This document shows, in pieces, positions 22,922-30,135 of a stretch of 40,903 bases of DNA. Under the pieces are notes generated by a model. It made no database searches and had not been told where the DNA came from. It saw only the letters and a program-made list of their open reading frames with translations. Origin of the DNA: a virus. Position numbers and translations under genes: made by a program. The first letter of the stretch is position 1. Each line of letters begins with the position of its first letter. The DNA lies in IMG/VR virus record IMGVR_UViG_3300025536_000004, positions 1 through 40,903 of that record, one strand, 5' to 3'.

Positions 22922-22930
22922 TGGTAATAT
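22922..22930 (+). promoter_or_regulatory. Extended -10 promoter TGgTAATAT, 7 nt upstream of ATG 22938 (leaderless)
   Basis: aTGgTAATATagggtctATG; no SD. Confidence 0.45.
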
Positions 22931-22937
22931 AGGGTCT

Positions 22938-23531
22938 ATGGTATATAACTGTGCTTGTTGTGGTGTTACCTTTGTGAGTAATAGATTCAGGAAAGATGGT
23001 GAAAAAACTTTCTGCACGGAAAAATGTAGTCACAGGTTTTGGTCTAAGGAGTGGCGTGAAAAAAATCCAGAAAGGAGTAAAGAAATTAACAGAAGGAGTT
23101 CTTTAAAAAATAGGGAAAAGCGCAATAACTATCAAAATTCTCAGTATAAGGAAAACCCAGAAGGTAGAATAAATAGGATGCAAGAGTGGAGGAGAAAAAA
23201 TCCGGAAAAATATAAAGCATCTTTTAAAAGAGACAGGGAAAGACTCGCAGAGTGGATAAAAGAAAACTATAGTAATTGGAAACAAGAAGTTATAAAGCAT
23301 TATACAAAGGGGAAAAACTGTTGTGAGTGTTGTGGTTTTTCAGACCAACGATTCTTAACAATTGACCATATTGTGCCACGTTCAAAAACAAAAGAACCTA
23401 GGATGGGAGGCTCTTCTTTATATAAATATATTTTAAATAGAAACTTTCCTTCGGGGTATCAAATACTTTGTTATAATTGCAACATGGGAAAAAGAGATAA
23501 TTTAGACTGCCCCCATAAACTTCAAAGCTAG
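22938..23531 (+). CDS. Free-standing HNH endonuclease (197 aa from ATG 22938; the track starts at TTG 22902)
   Basis: CECCG...LTIDHIVPRSK...LCYNCNMGKRD HNH motif; N-terminal CxxC zinc ribbon; basic NPE(K/R) repeats. Confidence 0.8.
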   Translation: MVYNCACCGVTFVSNRFRKDGEKTFCTEKCSHRFWSKEWREKNPERSKEINRRSSLKNREKRNNYQNSQYKENPEGRINRMQEWRRKNPEKYKASFKRDRERLAEWIKENYSNWKQEVIKHYTKGKNCCECCGFSDQRFLTIDHIVPRSKTKEPRMGGSSLYKYILNRNFPSGYQILCYNCNMGKRDNLDCPHKLQS

Positions 23532-23650
23532 GTTACGAATAGTTACGCACAGTTGTGGATAAGTTCGGCACTTGCGTGAAGATTCTGTGAAATGGTACTA
23601 TTGGGGTGTCGATGATGAAATACTTGCACTATAAAATAATTATTAAAGAC

Positions 23651-23698
23651 CCGCACACCATTGCCTTGCAAGGGCTTCATCGTGGTGTGTGGTTTTTT
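23651..23698 (+). terminator. Rho-independent terminator between HNH and the replisome organizer
   Basis: CCGCACACCA 23651-23660 / UGGUGUGUGG 23683-23692 (one G.U) followed by TTTTTT 23693-23698. Confidence 0.7.
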
Positions 23699-23708
23699 GA
23701 TTGTTAAT

Positions 23709-24428
23709 ATGGCACAGAGGAGGTTATTTAGTCAGGCGATAGTTGAGAGTGATGCGTTTTTGGATATGCCTATTTCTAGCCAAGCCCTTTATTTTCATCT
23801 AGGGATGCACGCTGATGATGATGGTTTTGTTAATCCTAAGAAAATAATGAGGCTTATAGGTGCTCCATCAGATGACTTAAATGTTTTACTTACTAAAAGA
23901 TTTGTCCTGAGGTTTGAGAGTGGGGTTATCGTAATTAAGCATTGGCTTATCCACAACACTATTAGGCAAGACCGCTATAAGGAAACCCTTTATCTTGAAG
24001 AAAAAAGCTCTTTAGTAGTTAAGGAAAATAAGGCATATACAGAGCTGGCAACCAATGGTTTACCAAATGGCAACCAAATGGAACCACAAGTTAAGTTAAG
24101 TAAAGATAAGTTAAGACAAGTTAAGTTACCCACCGCAAGCGGTGAGGGAAATGAGGTCTCGGAAATCATCTTTCTCTTTAAAGAAGTGAACCCTATGATT
24201 CAGAAATTGTATGGCTCCCCCCCTCAAAGGAAAGCAGTTGAGAGAATGCTAAAAGTATTCGGCCGTGAAAAACTTGAGACAATGATAAAATCTTTGCCCC
24301 AGGTTAATAAGAAGCAGTACTGGCCAAAAAGTACCACACCAGTCCAACTAGAAAACAACATCGCCACCTATAAAGCAAAAAACGAAGAAGAAAAGTCGAA
24401 AGGAAACATAATTGGTTTAGCAATATGA
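23709..24428 (+). CDS. Phage replisome organizer (DnaD/O-like replication initiator), 239 aa
   Basis: N-terminus RRLFSQAIVESDAFLDMPISSQALYFHLGMHADDDGFV matches the replisome-organizer N-domain pattern; iterons lie inside the gene. Confidence 0.7.
   Translation: MAQRRLFSQAIVESDAFLDMPISSQALYFHLGMHADDDGFVNPKKIMRLIGAPSDDLNVLLTKRFVLRFESGVIVIKHWLIHNTIRQDRYKETLYLEEKSSLVVKENKAYTELATNGLPNGNQMEPQVKLSKDKLRQVKLPTASGEGNEVSEIIFLFKEVNPMIQKLYGSPPQRKAVERMLKVFGREKLETMIKSLPQVNKKQYWPKSTTPVQLENNIATYKAKNEEEKSKGNIIGLAI
24063..24128. repeat. Iteron cluster (origin candidate): 2 x CCAAATGG(C/A)AA then 5 x GTTAAG within AAGTTAAG units
   Basis: CCAAATGG at 24063 and 24074. AAGTTAAGTTAAG 24088-24100, AAGTTAAG 24108-24115, AAGTTAAGTTA 24118-24128. 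Confidence 0.6.
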
Positions 24429-24712
24429 AAATATTCAAAATAAAAATGATGAGTGGGGTTGAAATACCTATAGACGGCGAGGTGTCGCTCCAATCTTTTT
24501 TGACCGAGGCTAATTCAGGTAAGAAGTTAGTTCTAACGAAGTACGGAATTGTGAATGTTGCGAGTATAGATTCTATCACAATCCACAAAGAGAAGATGGC
24601 AGAACTGGCACAACTAAGGGAATATAAGATGGAAAATCCTGAGAGGGAAGTATTAGGAGAATCCCCTTTCAAGGAACTTTTTGGGGAAGAATATAAAAAG
24701 TTAGGAAACTAA
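24425..24712 (+). CDS. Hypothetical protein (95 aa)
   Basis: ATGA overlap with the organizer stop. Confidence 0.6.
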   Translation: MKIFKIKMMSGVEIPIDGEVSLQSFLTEANSGKKLVLTKYGIVNVASIDSITIHKEKMAELAQLREYKMENPEREVLGESPFKELFGEEYKKLGN

Positions 24713-24751
24713 AGGTTTAGTCGAATCAGCTATAAAAGAGAAGTATGATTT

Positions 24752-25183
24752 ATGATTGATATAAACGACGAAGTACATAATTTCTTTCTAGGTAAAAGAC
24801 TTGGCAAAGGGATACACCGAGAGGTGTTCGCTTTTCCCCTCAAGGAAGGGTATGTCATTAAAATAGCCAACGATTCGGAGAGTAGGGCGGTGAATCTTAT
24901 AGAGGCAAGAATCTGGAATCAATTAAACGAAACTCCGGCTCAAAAGTGGTTCGCTCCAGTAGTAGATGTAAGTGAATCGGGAGCCTATCTCATTCAAAGA
25001 CGAGCGGAGCAACTCCCGAAAGAAAAGTATCCTAAAAAGATTCCACACTTTTTCACCGATACTAAATACTCTAACTTTGGCTGGATAAAAGGGATTGGAT
25101 TTGTATGTGTAGATTTCGGGAGTTTTAATATGTTTCGGGGGATAACAACGAAAATGGTAAAGGCCGAATGGTGGGGAGATTAA
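24752..25183 (+). CDS. Minimal protein-kinase-like (YrbL-like) protein, 143 aa
   Basis: LGKGIHREVFAFPLKEGYVIKI (Gly loop + Lys), TDTKYSN (DxKxxN), VCVDFGS (DFG), in canonical order. Confidence 0.5.
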   Translation: MIDINDEVHNFFLGKRLGKGIHREVFAFPLKEGYVIKIANDSESRAVNLIEARIWNQLNETPAQKWFAPVVDVSESGAYLIQRRAEQLPKEKYPKKIPHFFTDTKYSNFGWIKGIGFVCVDFGSFNMFRGITTKMVKAEWWGD

Positions 25184-25264
25184 TTCTGTGCATAACCTCC
25201 ATTGGACAAAAGTAGACAGTAGGGTATAGAATAGAAGAAAGGTCATTAAACATATATTAGGAGA

Positions 25265-25579
25265 ATGAAAAAGGTTAAAAAAGTAGTAAAGAATGGAATG
25301 GTTGCCGTTTGTATTTCCCCTGGGTTTGGGGCGGGATGGTCAACTTGGGAGGAGGTTAGTCCATTTGAACCAAAGGTAGTGGATATGATTCTTGCGGGTC
25401 GTCAGAAAGACATAGACAAAGAGTGGTGTAAAACACAGCTTGGATTGGATAATGTTTACTGTGGGGGGGCAGAAGACCTAGAGGTTGTGTGGATTAAAGA
25501 GGGGGAGGAGTTTTACATCGACGAGTACGACGGGGCAGAAAGCATCGTGAGTAATGAGAATCTTACTCTAAAGGCTTAG
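25265..25579 (+). CDS. Hypothetical protein (104 aa)
   Basis: AGGAG 2 nt upstream of the ATG. Confidence 0.6.
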   Translation: MKKVKKVVKNGMVAVCISPGFGAGWSTWEEVSPFEPKVVDMILAGRQKDIDKEWCKTQLGLDNVYCGGAEDLEVVWIKEGEEFYIDEYDGAESIVSNENLTLKA

Positions 25580-25616
25580 CCCCCATCCCTTCAAATAACT
25601 AAGATGAAAAAACAAA

Positions 25617-25925
25617 ATGAAACAAAAAGAACACCCAATCACATACGAAGCAGTAGGAGACTTTCTACTCTGGGTATTAATTATCATTATAGCCGGAAGC
25701 GCAGTGATTAAATGGATGGAGTGGGGAGGCGTCCTAGTGTACCCGAGAGAGAGGACTGAATCCCACCAACACGTTCCGTGGGTGGCGGTGGAAGAAAGAA
25801 ACTGTGGCTTTGAGTGCGAAGCTTGGGGAAAGATAGGTTCTAATCAAAGGTCTGTCGGTAGAAAACTTATTTGCGGAAGGGATTATATGGAAGACCATGA
25901 ATGTGCCTGGAGTCCTATCTGGTAG
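25617..25925 (+). CDS. Small membrane protein (102 aa, one TM)
   Basis: FLLWVLIIIIAGSAVI segment; AAAAAACAAAATG start context. Confidence 0.55.
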   Translation: MKQKEHPITYEAVGDFLLWVLIIIIAGSAVIKWMEWGGVLVYPRERTESHQHVPWVAVEERNCGFECEAWGKIGSNQRSVGRKLICGRDYMEDHECAWSPIW

Positions 25926-25972
25926 CTCCCATGATAAGTGGATTGAGATAATTCCTAACGATAATAACTAAG

Positions 25973-26326
25973 ATGACTAAAACCTACAAACTACCAATAA
26001 TTTTCTCTTTCGTGATTTCTTTGTTTGTCTTCGGGAATTGGGCTTATCATTCAATTCCTCATTATCGAGACGTAACGCACATGGAGATTTGTGTACCAGA
26101 GATGGTTGAACACTCCACTACGAGCACAACGGTTATTATTGATAATGGAATGTGGCTCAACCCGAAAGGAGAGATGAAAACATGGGAAACAGATGAAAAC
26201 GATTGTGAGTCATTACCCGCTCGCATGAGTGTAAGATACAACTTGACCGTCTCTAGTTGTATTCATCATTACGAGTCCGGCGTCTGGGCATGTTACACAG
26301 AGGTCAAAGAAAAATATTACTGGTAA
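25973..26326 (+). CDS. Small protein with an N-terminal TM anchor (117 aa)
   Basis: LPIIFSFVISLFVFGNWAY segment. Confidence 0.55.
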   Translation: MTKTYKLPIIFSFVISLFVFGNWAYHSIPHYRDVTHMEICVPEMVEHSTTSTTVIIDNGMWLNPKGEMKTWETDENDCESLPARMSVRYNLTVSSCIHHYESGVWACYTEVKEKYYW

Positions 26327-26328
26327 TC

Positions 26329-26661
26329 ATGCTATCCGACATCTTAAAGAAACAGCGGGAAGAGTTTGAAAAAGAGAGAACAGACGCAATAAGCGAAATG
26401 TTCGATAACCCCGAAGGCGGGATTTATCCCACATCGAAGTTCTTCAAAAGACTAGACAGGTTTGTAGTTAACCTTCAATCCGAACTCCTCTCAGCCGTGA
26501 TAGAAGAAATTGAGGGGAGGAAAAAGACAAAAACGTATCCGCAACAACTGCATACTTTTAAAGGAGAAGTAGAGTATTTCGATAGATTGAGTGATGGAGA
26601 CATTCATTACAACCAAGCCCTATCCGAGCTAGTCGAGAAACTTAAAGAAGCATTGAAATGA
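26329..26661 (+). CDS. Hypothetical helical protein (110 aa from ATG 26329)
   Basis: ATG 2 nt after the upstream stop; the track's earlier start overlaps the previous gene. Confidence 0.55.
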   Translation: MLSDILKKQREEFEKERTDAISEMFDNPEGGIYPTSKFFKRLDRFVVNLQSELLSAVIEEIEGRKKTKTYPQQLHTFKGEVEYFDRLSDGDIHYNQALSELVEKLKEALK

Positions 26662-26816
26662 AATTTAGAACAAAAGTAGAAATCATAGCTGGTATTCTTT
26701 TCTGGGGAGGTATGGTGTGGATGGGAATACAATACGGCTGGCAACTTCCCGTTTCTGTTTTCCTGGTAATCTTTGGGGCAATTATACAGATGAAAAATAA
26801 AGAAGAAAATTGGTAA
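26658..26816 (+). CDS. Small two-TM membrane protein (52 aa; below the track cutoff)
   Basis: ATGA overlap. MKFRTKVEIIAGILFWGGMVWMGIQYGWQLPVSVFLVIFGAIIQMKNKEENW. Confidence 0.45.
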   Translation: MKFRTKVEIIAGILFWGGMVWMGIQYGWQLPVSVFLVIFGAIIQMKNKEENW

Positions 26817-26821
26817 CTCCA

Positions 26822-27016
26822 ATGCCTAAATCCAAACAACCCCAGAGTTCTAAAAAGAAGGTGCTGAGATTCCTATCCGTCCTTATCGTTTCCGTCCTCG
26901 TAATTTTTATCGCAGGAAAGATTTTCGAGTTATATGTACTCGCTGGGCGGTATAAGGATTTGGCGAAAAACGAAAGATTTATGAGCTGTCTCGGAAAAGA
27001 AATAAACACCAAATAG
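26822..27016 (+). CDS. Small one-TM membrane protein (64 aa from ATG 26822)
   Basis: Lys-rich N-terminus, then FLSVLIVSVLVIFIAG. Confidence 0.5.
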   Translation: MPKSKQPQSSKKKVLRFLSVLIVSVLVIFIAGKIFELYVLAGRYKDLAKNERFMSCLGKEINTK

Positions 27017-27019
27017 ATT

Positions 27020-27217
27020 ATGAACCTACACACAAAAGAAGTAATACTCGACGTACTTTCCCTAATAGGGAATATCTTTCTAATCCTTGTATCTTCTTGG
27101 TTGGTAGTCTTTCACGGATTCTCAAAGTGGTGGTTTGTCCTATTCTTCTTAGCGAGATTCAGGTACGCAACTTCGGAGTGGATAAGAGAACAACAAAATA
27201 AAGACTCCTCTAATTAA
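27020..27217 (+). CDS. Small two-TM membrane protein (65 aa)
   Basis: VLSLIGNIFLILVSSWLVVF and WWFVLFFLARF segments. Confidence 0.5.
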   Translation: MNLHTKEVILDVLSLIGNIFLILVSSWLVVFHGFSKWWFVLFFLARFRYATSEWIREQQNKDSSN

Positions 27218-27218
27218 A

Positions 27219-27719
27219 ATGACTCTCAAACAACTAATCAAAAAAGGAAAGTACCAGTGGGTGAATGATTCTATCACCGCAGAAAACTTCCCCCAAGAAG
27301 AAGTCCGAGGAGAGGTAGAAATATTTGACCCTGGAAAATCTTTCACTTTCAAGGAAGGAATCCAGTTCTTAAAAGACAAAGGCTATGAGCCAGCCAATGC
27401 CTACGAGTTACTGACCTATGGAGCAACACACCTTGAGGAGAATAGTGATAAACCCTACATCATTGCCTTAGGAACTGTCTGGCTGCACCCGCGCCGCTTC
27501 CCTCACGTGATCTGCGTGTACCGTAGCCCCTCGGACCGCAAGCTGCGCTTGTTCTGGACTGGCAACGGGTTCGTCGGCAACTGTGTGCTCGCTGGCGTCC
27601 GGCCTCGCAAGCCCTTAGTACCTAAGACCCTCAGTCCTTCTAACCCTTTGACCCTTGAGTCCCGTATTTCTGAATTGGAAAAGTTCAAAGAGTCGGTGGA
27701 GAAAATCCTGAAGATATGA
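27219..27719 (+). CDS. Hypothetical protein (166 aa) containing a GC-rich patch
   Basis: ORF track; codons 27480-27615 are strongly GC3-rich, unlike their neighbours. Confidence 0.6.
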   Translation: MTLKQLIKKGKYQWVNDSITAENFPQEEVRGEVEIFDPGKSFTFKEGIQFLKDKGYEPANAYELLTYGATHLEENSDKPYIIALGTVWLHPRRFPHVICVYRSPSDRKLRLFWTGNGFVGNCVLAGVRPRKPLVPKTLSPSNPLTLESRISELEKFKESVEKILKI

Positions 27720-28486
27720 AATACCAATGTTTCTGTTCCTGCCACGATAAAAAATGGATACGAGGATTAGAACACGAAACCAAGTGTTGTGAAGATATGG
27801 TCGGATGGCTAGAGGGGCAACCAATCCCTCAACCTTCCGAGACAGACTGGAGGACGAGATTTGATGAAATGTTTCCTTACAGGCTAGGAGAAAACCCAGC
27901 AGTTTCTATCCCAAATATGGATTTGAGGAAGTTGATAAAAGGCTTCATCTCTCAAGAAATCGAACAAGTAGAGTCCCGAGCGAGGGAGGATGAAAATAGA
28001 GAGATAGAGGAAAGGTTGGGGGATTATTTTAGGGGATTGGTTCTTATGCCAGACCCCCAGGCATCTTTAATAGAGCTAAAAGGCTTTTTATTTCCAAAGA
28101 TTACGGAAAAGCGTAAACTTCGGAAAAATTTGGGGGATGATAAGATTGCCCAGGCAAAGGCCGAAGGATATAAAGAGGGGTATAATAGAGGAAATCAAGA
28201 CGGGATGAGAGGTAAGTTTTTCCAGAAGTTAGAGATAGACTATGAATATGACATCCCTAAAGAATTGGAAGAGTACATAAGGGCCGAAGCCAAGAAGGAA
28301 GTAAAAGATGTTCTCGAAGCCCTCTGTATGATGTATGAACAGTACTGTAGCAAGGACGGACATCTATTTATGACGGCTGGAGAGTTTGCCTCAAAGGTCT
28401 TAGAAGACAACGGGTTACTGTTCCCAGATGATGCTGGTCGAGGGGAAATAAAATACGAGAACCTCCAATCCCTAGAGGATAAATAA
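27716..28486 (+). CDS. Hypothetical protein, Cys-rich N-terminus (256 aa)
   Basis: ATGA overlap; CFCSCH...CC. Confidence 0.6.
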   Translation: MKYQCFCSCHDKKWIRGLEHETKCCEDMVGWLEGQPIPQPSETDWRTRFDEMFPYRLGENPAVSIPNMDLRKLIKGFISQEIEQVESRAREDENREIEERLGDYFRGLVLMPDPQASLIELKGFLFPKITEKRKLRKNLGDDKIAQAKAEGYKEGYNRGNQDGMRGKFFQKLEIDYEYDIPKELEEYIRAEAKKEVKDVLEALCMMYEQYCSKDGHLFMTAGEFASKVLEDNGLLFPDDAGRGEIKYENLQSLEDK

Positions 28487-28492
28487 AAACAA
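28475..28492. repeat. 18-nt direct repeat GAGGATAAATAAAAACAA, copy 1
   Basis: Identical to 28602-28619. Confidence 0.9.
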
Positions 28493-28493
28493 T

Positions 28494-28613
28494 ATGTATG
28501 CCTGTTATAAATGTGATAGAGAGCCCTGTGAAGAATGTGCCGGAAAAAACGAAGAATTGAGAAAAGAGTTAGAAACTAAACTCCAGGAATCAATAACCAA
28601 CGAGGATAAATAA
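28494..28613 (+). CDS. Small CxxC-x4-CxxC protein (39 aa; below the track cutoff)
   Basis: MYACYKCDREPCEECAGKNEELRKELETKLQESITNEDK; flanked by the 18-nt repeats. Confidence 0.4.
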   Translation: MYACYKCDREPCEECAGKNEELRKELETKLQESITNEDK

Positions 28614-28619
28614 AAACAA
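28602..28619. repeat. 18-nt direct repeat GAGGATAAATAAAAACAA, copy 2
   Basis: Identical to 28475-28492. Confidence 0.9.
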
Positions 28620-28841
28620 ATGACTATAGAAGACGAATATAAACTACTTGGTGCTAAAGTTTGCGAAGGTGTACACGATTTTAAAATTGAACACATCGAG
28701 GAAGAGGGTGGGAACGATATGACGGTTCTGAGATGCCGCAAATGTGAATTGGCTCACTTTAAAAGCCTCTTGGGAGTTTCAGGATGGATGATGCCCGATG
28801 GAACAAAAAGGTCTAACCCAAGTCCAAGATTAAATAGCTAA
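28620..28841 (+). CDS. Small Cys/His-motif protein (73 aa)
   Basis: CEGVH...CRKC. Confidence 0.5.
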   Translation: MTIEDEYKLLGAKVCEGVHDFKIEHIEEEGGNDMTVLRCRKCELAHFKSLLGVSGWMMPDGTKRSNPSPRLNS

Positions 28842-28856
28842 TTAACAGATAAGGAT

Positions 28857-29066
28857 ATGGAAAAGAAAACTTACTGGTGCTCGGACTGCTTGCAGGTTTT
28901 CCCCGTAGAAGAATTAAAGCCAGACCCAACACCAGTTTGGTTCGGCCCCGAAAAACTAACGATTACTACAAAAGAGGGAATTGTCGAGGTCGAGAATAAA
29001 TATCTTCTATGCCCCTTTCACTGGGATAAAACAGATAAAGGGCTAGAAGGGACAACGTGGATTTAA
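28857..29066 (+). CDS. Small zinc-ribbon-like protein (69 aa)
   Basis: AAGGA upstream; CSDC...CPFH. Confidence 0.55.
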   Translation: MEKKTYWCSDCLQVFPVEELKPDPTPVWFGPEKLTITTKEGIVEVENKYLLCPFHWDKTDKGLEGTTWI

Positions 29067-29092
29067 TCCTAAAGACAGCTCTGAATAGAAAT

Positions 29093-29347
29093 ATGAAAAA
29101 GAACTTTGATGAAAAAATAAAAGAGTGGGTTGGTGCAGTTCTCGATGGTAGGGCAAAAGTAATAGACGATTTCTGCAAGGTCTACCTAGCCTCACGATCC
29201 GAATGGTTTATAGAAAATCCAGAAAGATTGCAAAGGTTGAGGCTTGAGGTGCAACAGGTTCACACCCCAAACGGAATAAAAGAAACCTACACGTTCAGTA
29301 TGAAGCCAGGAAGGTCAAAGCTCTCCTCTACCCCTAATACAGAATGA
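29093..29347 (+). CDS. Hypothetical protein (84 aa from ATG 29093; GTG 29057 is possible)
   Basis: ORF track frame. Confidence 0.5.
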   Translation: MKKNFDEKIKEWVGAVLDGRAKVIDDFCKVYLASRSEWFIENPERLQRLRLEVQQVHTPNGIKETYTFSMKPGRSKLSSTPNTE

Positions 29348-29481
29348 AAAAACTAACGACAAAAACACTACGAAAAGGATTCTGTCCGATCTGTCTCCAG
29401 CTCTACCGAGATTACGAAGCAGAGGTAAAAAGGCAGTATCTAGCTCGAAAAAAGGCGAGAAATATACCTGTGGATAAGTGA
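29344..29481 (+). CDS. Small basic CxxC protein (45 aa)
   Basis: ATGA overlap. MKKLTTKTLRKGFCPICLQLYRDYEAEVKRQYLARKKARNIPVDK. Confidence 0.4.
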   Translation: MKKLTTKTLRKGFCPICLQLYRDYEAEVKRQYLARKKARNIPVDK

Positions 29482-29561
29482 GCTTTTGACTCCTTGCAAT
29501 CCATTGGAAACTATGCTAATGTAAGGAGGTCAAAGGTCGAAAACAAAGACTAACAAATAAT

Positions 29562-29705
29562 ATGGAACTCGAAGAACTAAAAATAAACCGGACGGTAGAA
29601 GATATTATTTACGAAGAACAGAACAAGCCGATAGAAGATAGGCAGAAGTTTTACGGAATTGCTGGAATGATAGTGCTAGCCACGATAGCTTTATTAATTT
29701 ACTAA
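29562..29705 (+). CDS. Small tail-anchored membrane protein (47 aa)
   Basis: C-terminal FYGIAGMIVLATIALLIY. Confidence 0.4.
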   Translation: MELEELKINRTVEDIIYEEQNKPIEDRQKFYGIAGMIVLATIALLIY

Positions 29706-29809
29706 AAACGAGTGCATTGAAAGGGGTTTGTCCGACGTCTATGTGAGTTTCCGCACTGGTTGCTCGCTATCTGAGGAAGCCGGAGGAACTCCCCTCAATA
29801 AAAAACAAA

Positions 29810-29941
29810 ATGCCAGAATTATCTAAAATAGACTTCATCCTCAAGCATATGGACGAACGTCGGTGTCAGGGTGAATCATGTATGGTATGCCAAGCGATAG
29901 TAAAAATAATCGAGGATGAGTTATCTAAAAAAACAAAATGA
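29810..29941 (+). CDS. Small Cys-motif protein (43 aa)
   Basis: AAAAAACAAAATG context; ATGA overlap downstream; RRCQGESCMVCQ. Confidence 0.4.
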   Translation: MPELSKIDFILKHMDERRCQGESCMVCQAIVKIIEDELSKKTK

Positions 29942-30135
29942 TTATACAAACAATAAACACTCAAAACGGCATAGAGACTAAGCGAGTACCAGAAAATGAC
30001 CAAGAGTACCGAGAAATGTTGCGAAGTGATTTAGTAGCGGTGGTTCGAGAAGCAAAAATGGCGTTTGGCGAGTCGGCGACGGCTCGGATGTTATCGGACG
30101 CATTAGATGAAAAACACGAAAATGAACAGATATAA
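29938..30135 (+). CDS. Hypothetical protein (65 aa)
   Basis: AAAAAACAAAATG context. Confidence 0.5.
   Translation: MIIQTINTQNGIETKRVPENDQEYREMLRSDLVAVVREAKMAFGESATARMLSDALDEKHENEQI

Noticed and set aside
22600-23531. HEARO/omega-RNA plus IscB/IsrB-like RNA-guided nuclease
   Set aside because: The protein is only ~197 aa and has an HNH motif but no RuvC-like segments. The upstream RNA shows no feature I can tie to that family.
23661-23708. TTG start at 23661 for the replisome organizer (track coordinates)
   Set aside because: The extra 16 codons lie inside the terminator hairpin and U tract. ATG 23709 begins the conserved MAQRRLFSQ... N-terminus.
28475-28619. The 127-bp spacing of the 18-nt repeats equalling the 127-bp terminal overlap
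   Set aside because: The repeats are only 18 nt and internal. The numerical match with the end overlap is most likely coincidence, not an assembly artefact.
29486-29530. Promoter-like TTGCAA-N17-TAATGT and a perfect AAGGAGGT (29523-29530) with no start codon within 5-10 nt
   Set aside because: The next ATG (29562) is 31 nt away, and no ATG/GTG/TTG follows at normal spacing. Too little evidence to call a gene or regulator.
29706-29809. GC-richer intergenic stretch with possible AGGGG/CCCCU pairing as a small RNA
   Set aside because: Only a 5-bp closing helix and a poor promoter (TTGAAA-N17-TATGTG). Not distinguishable from chance by eye.
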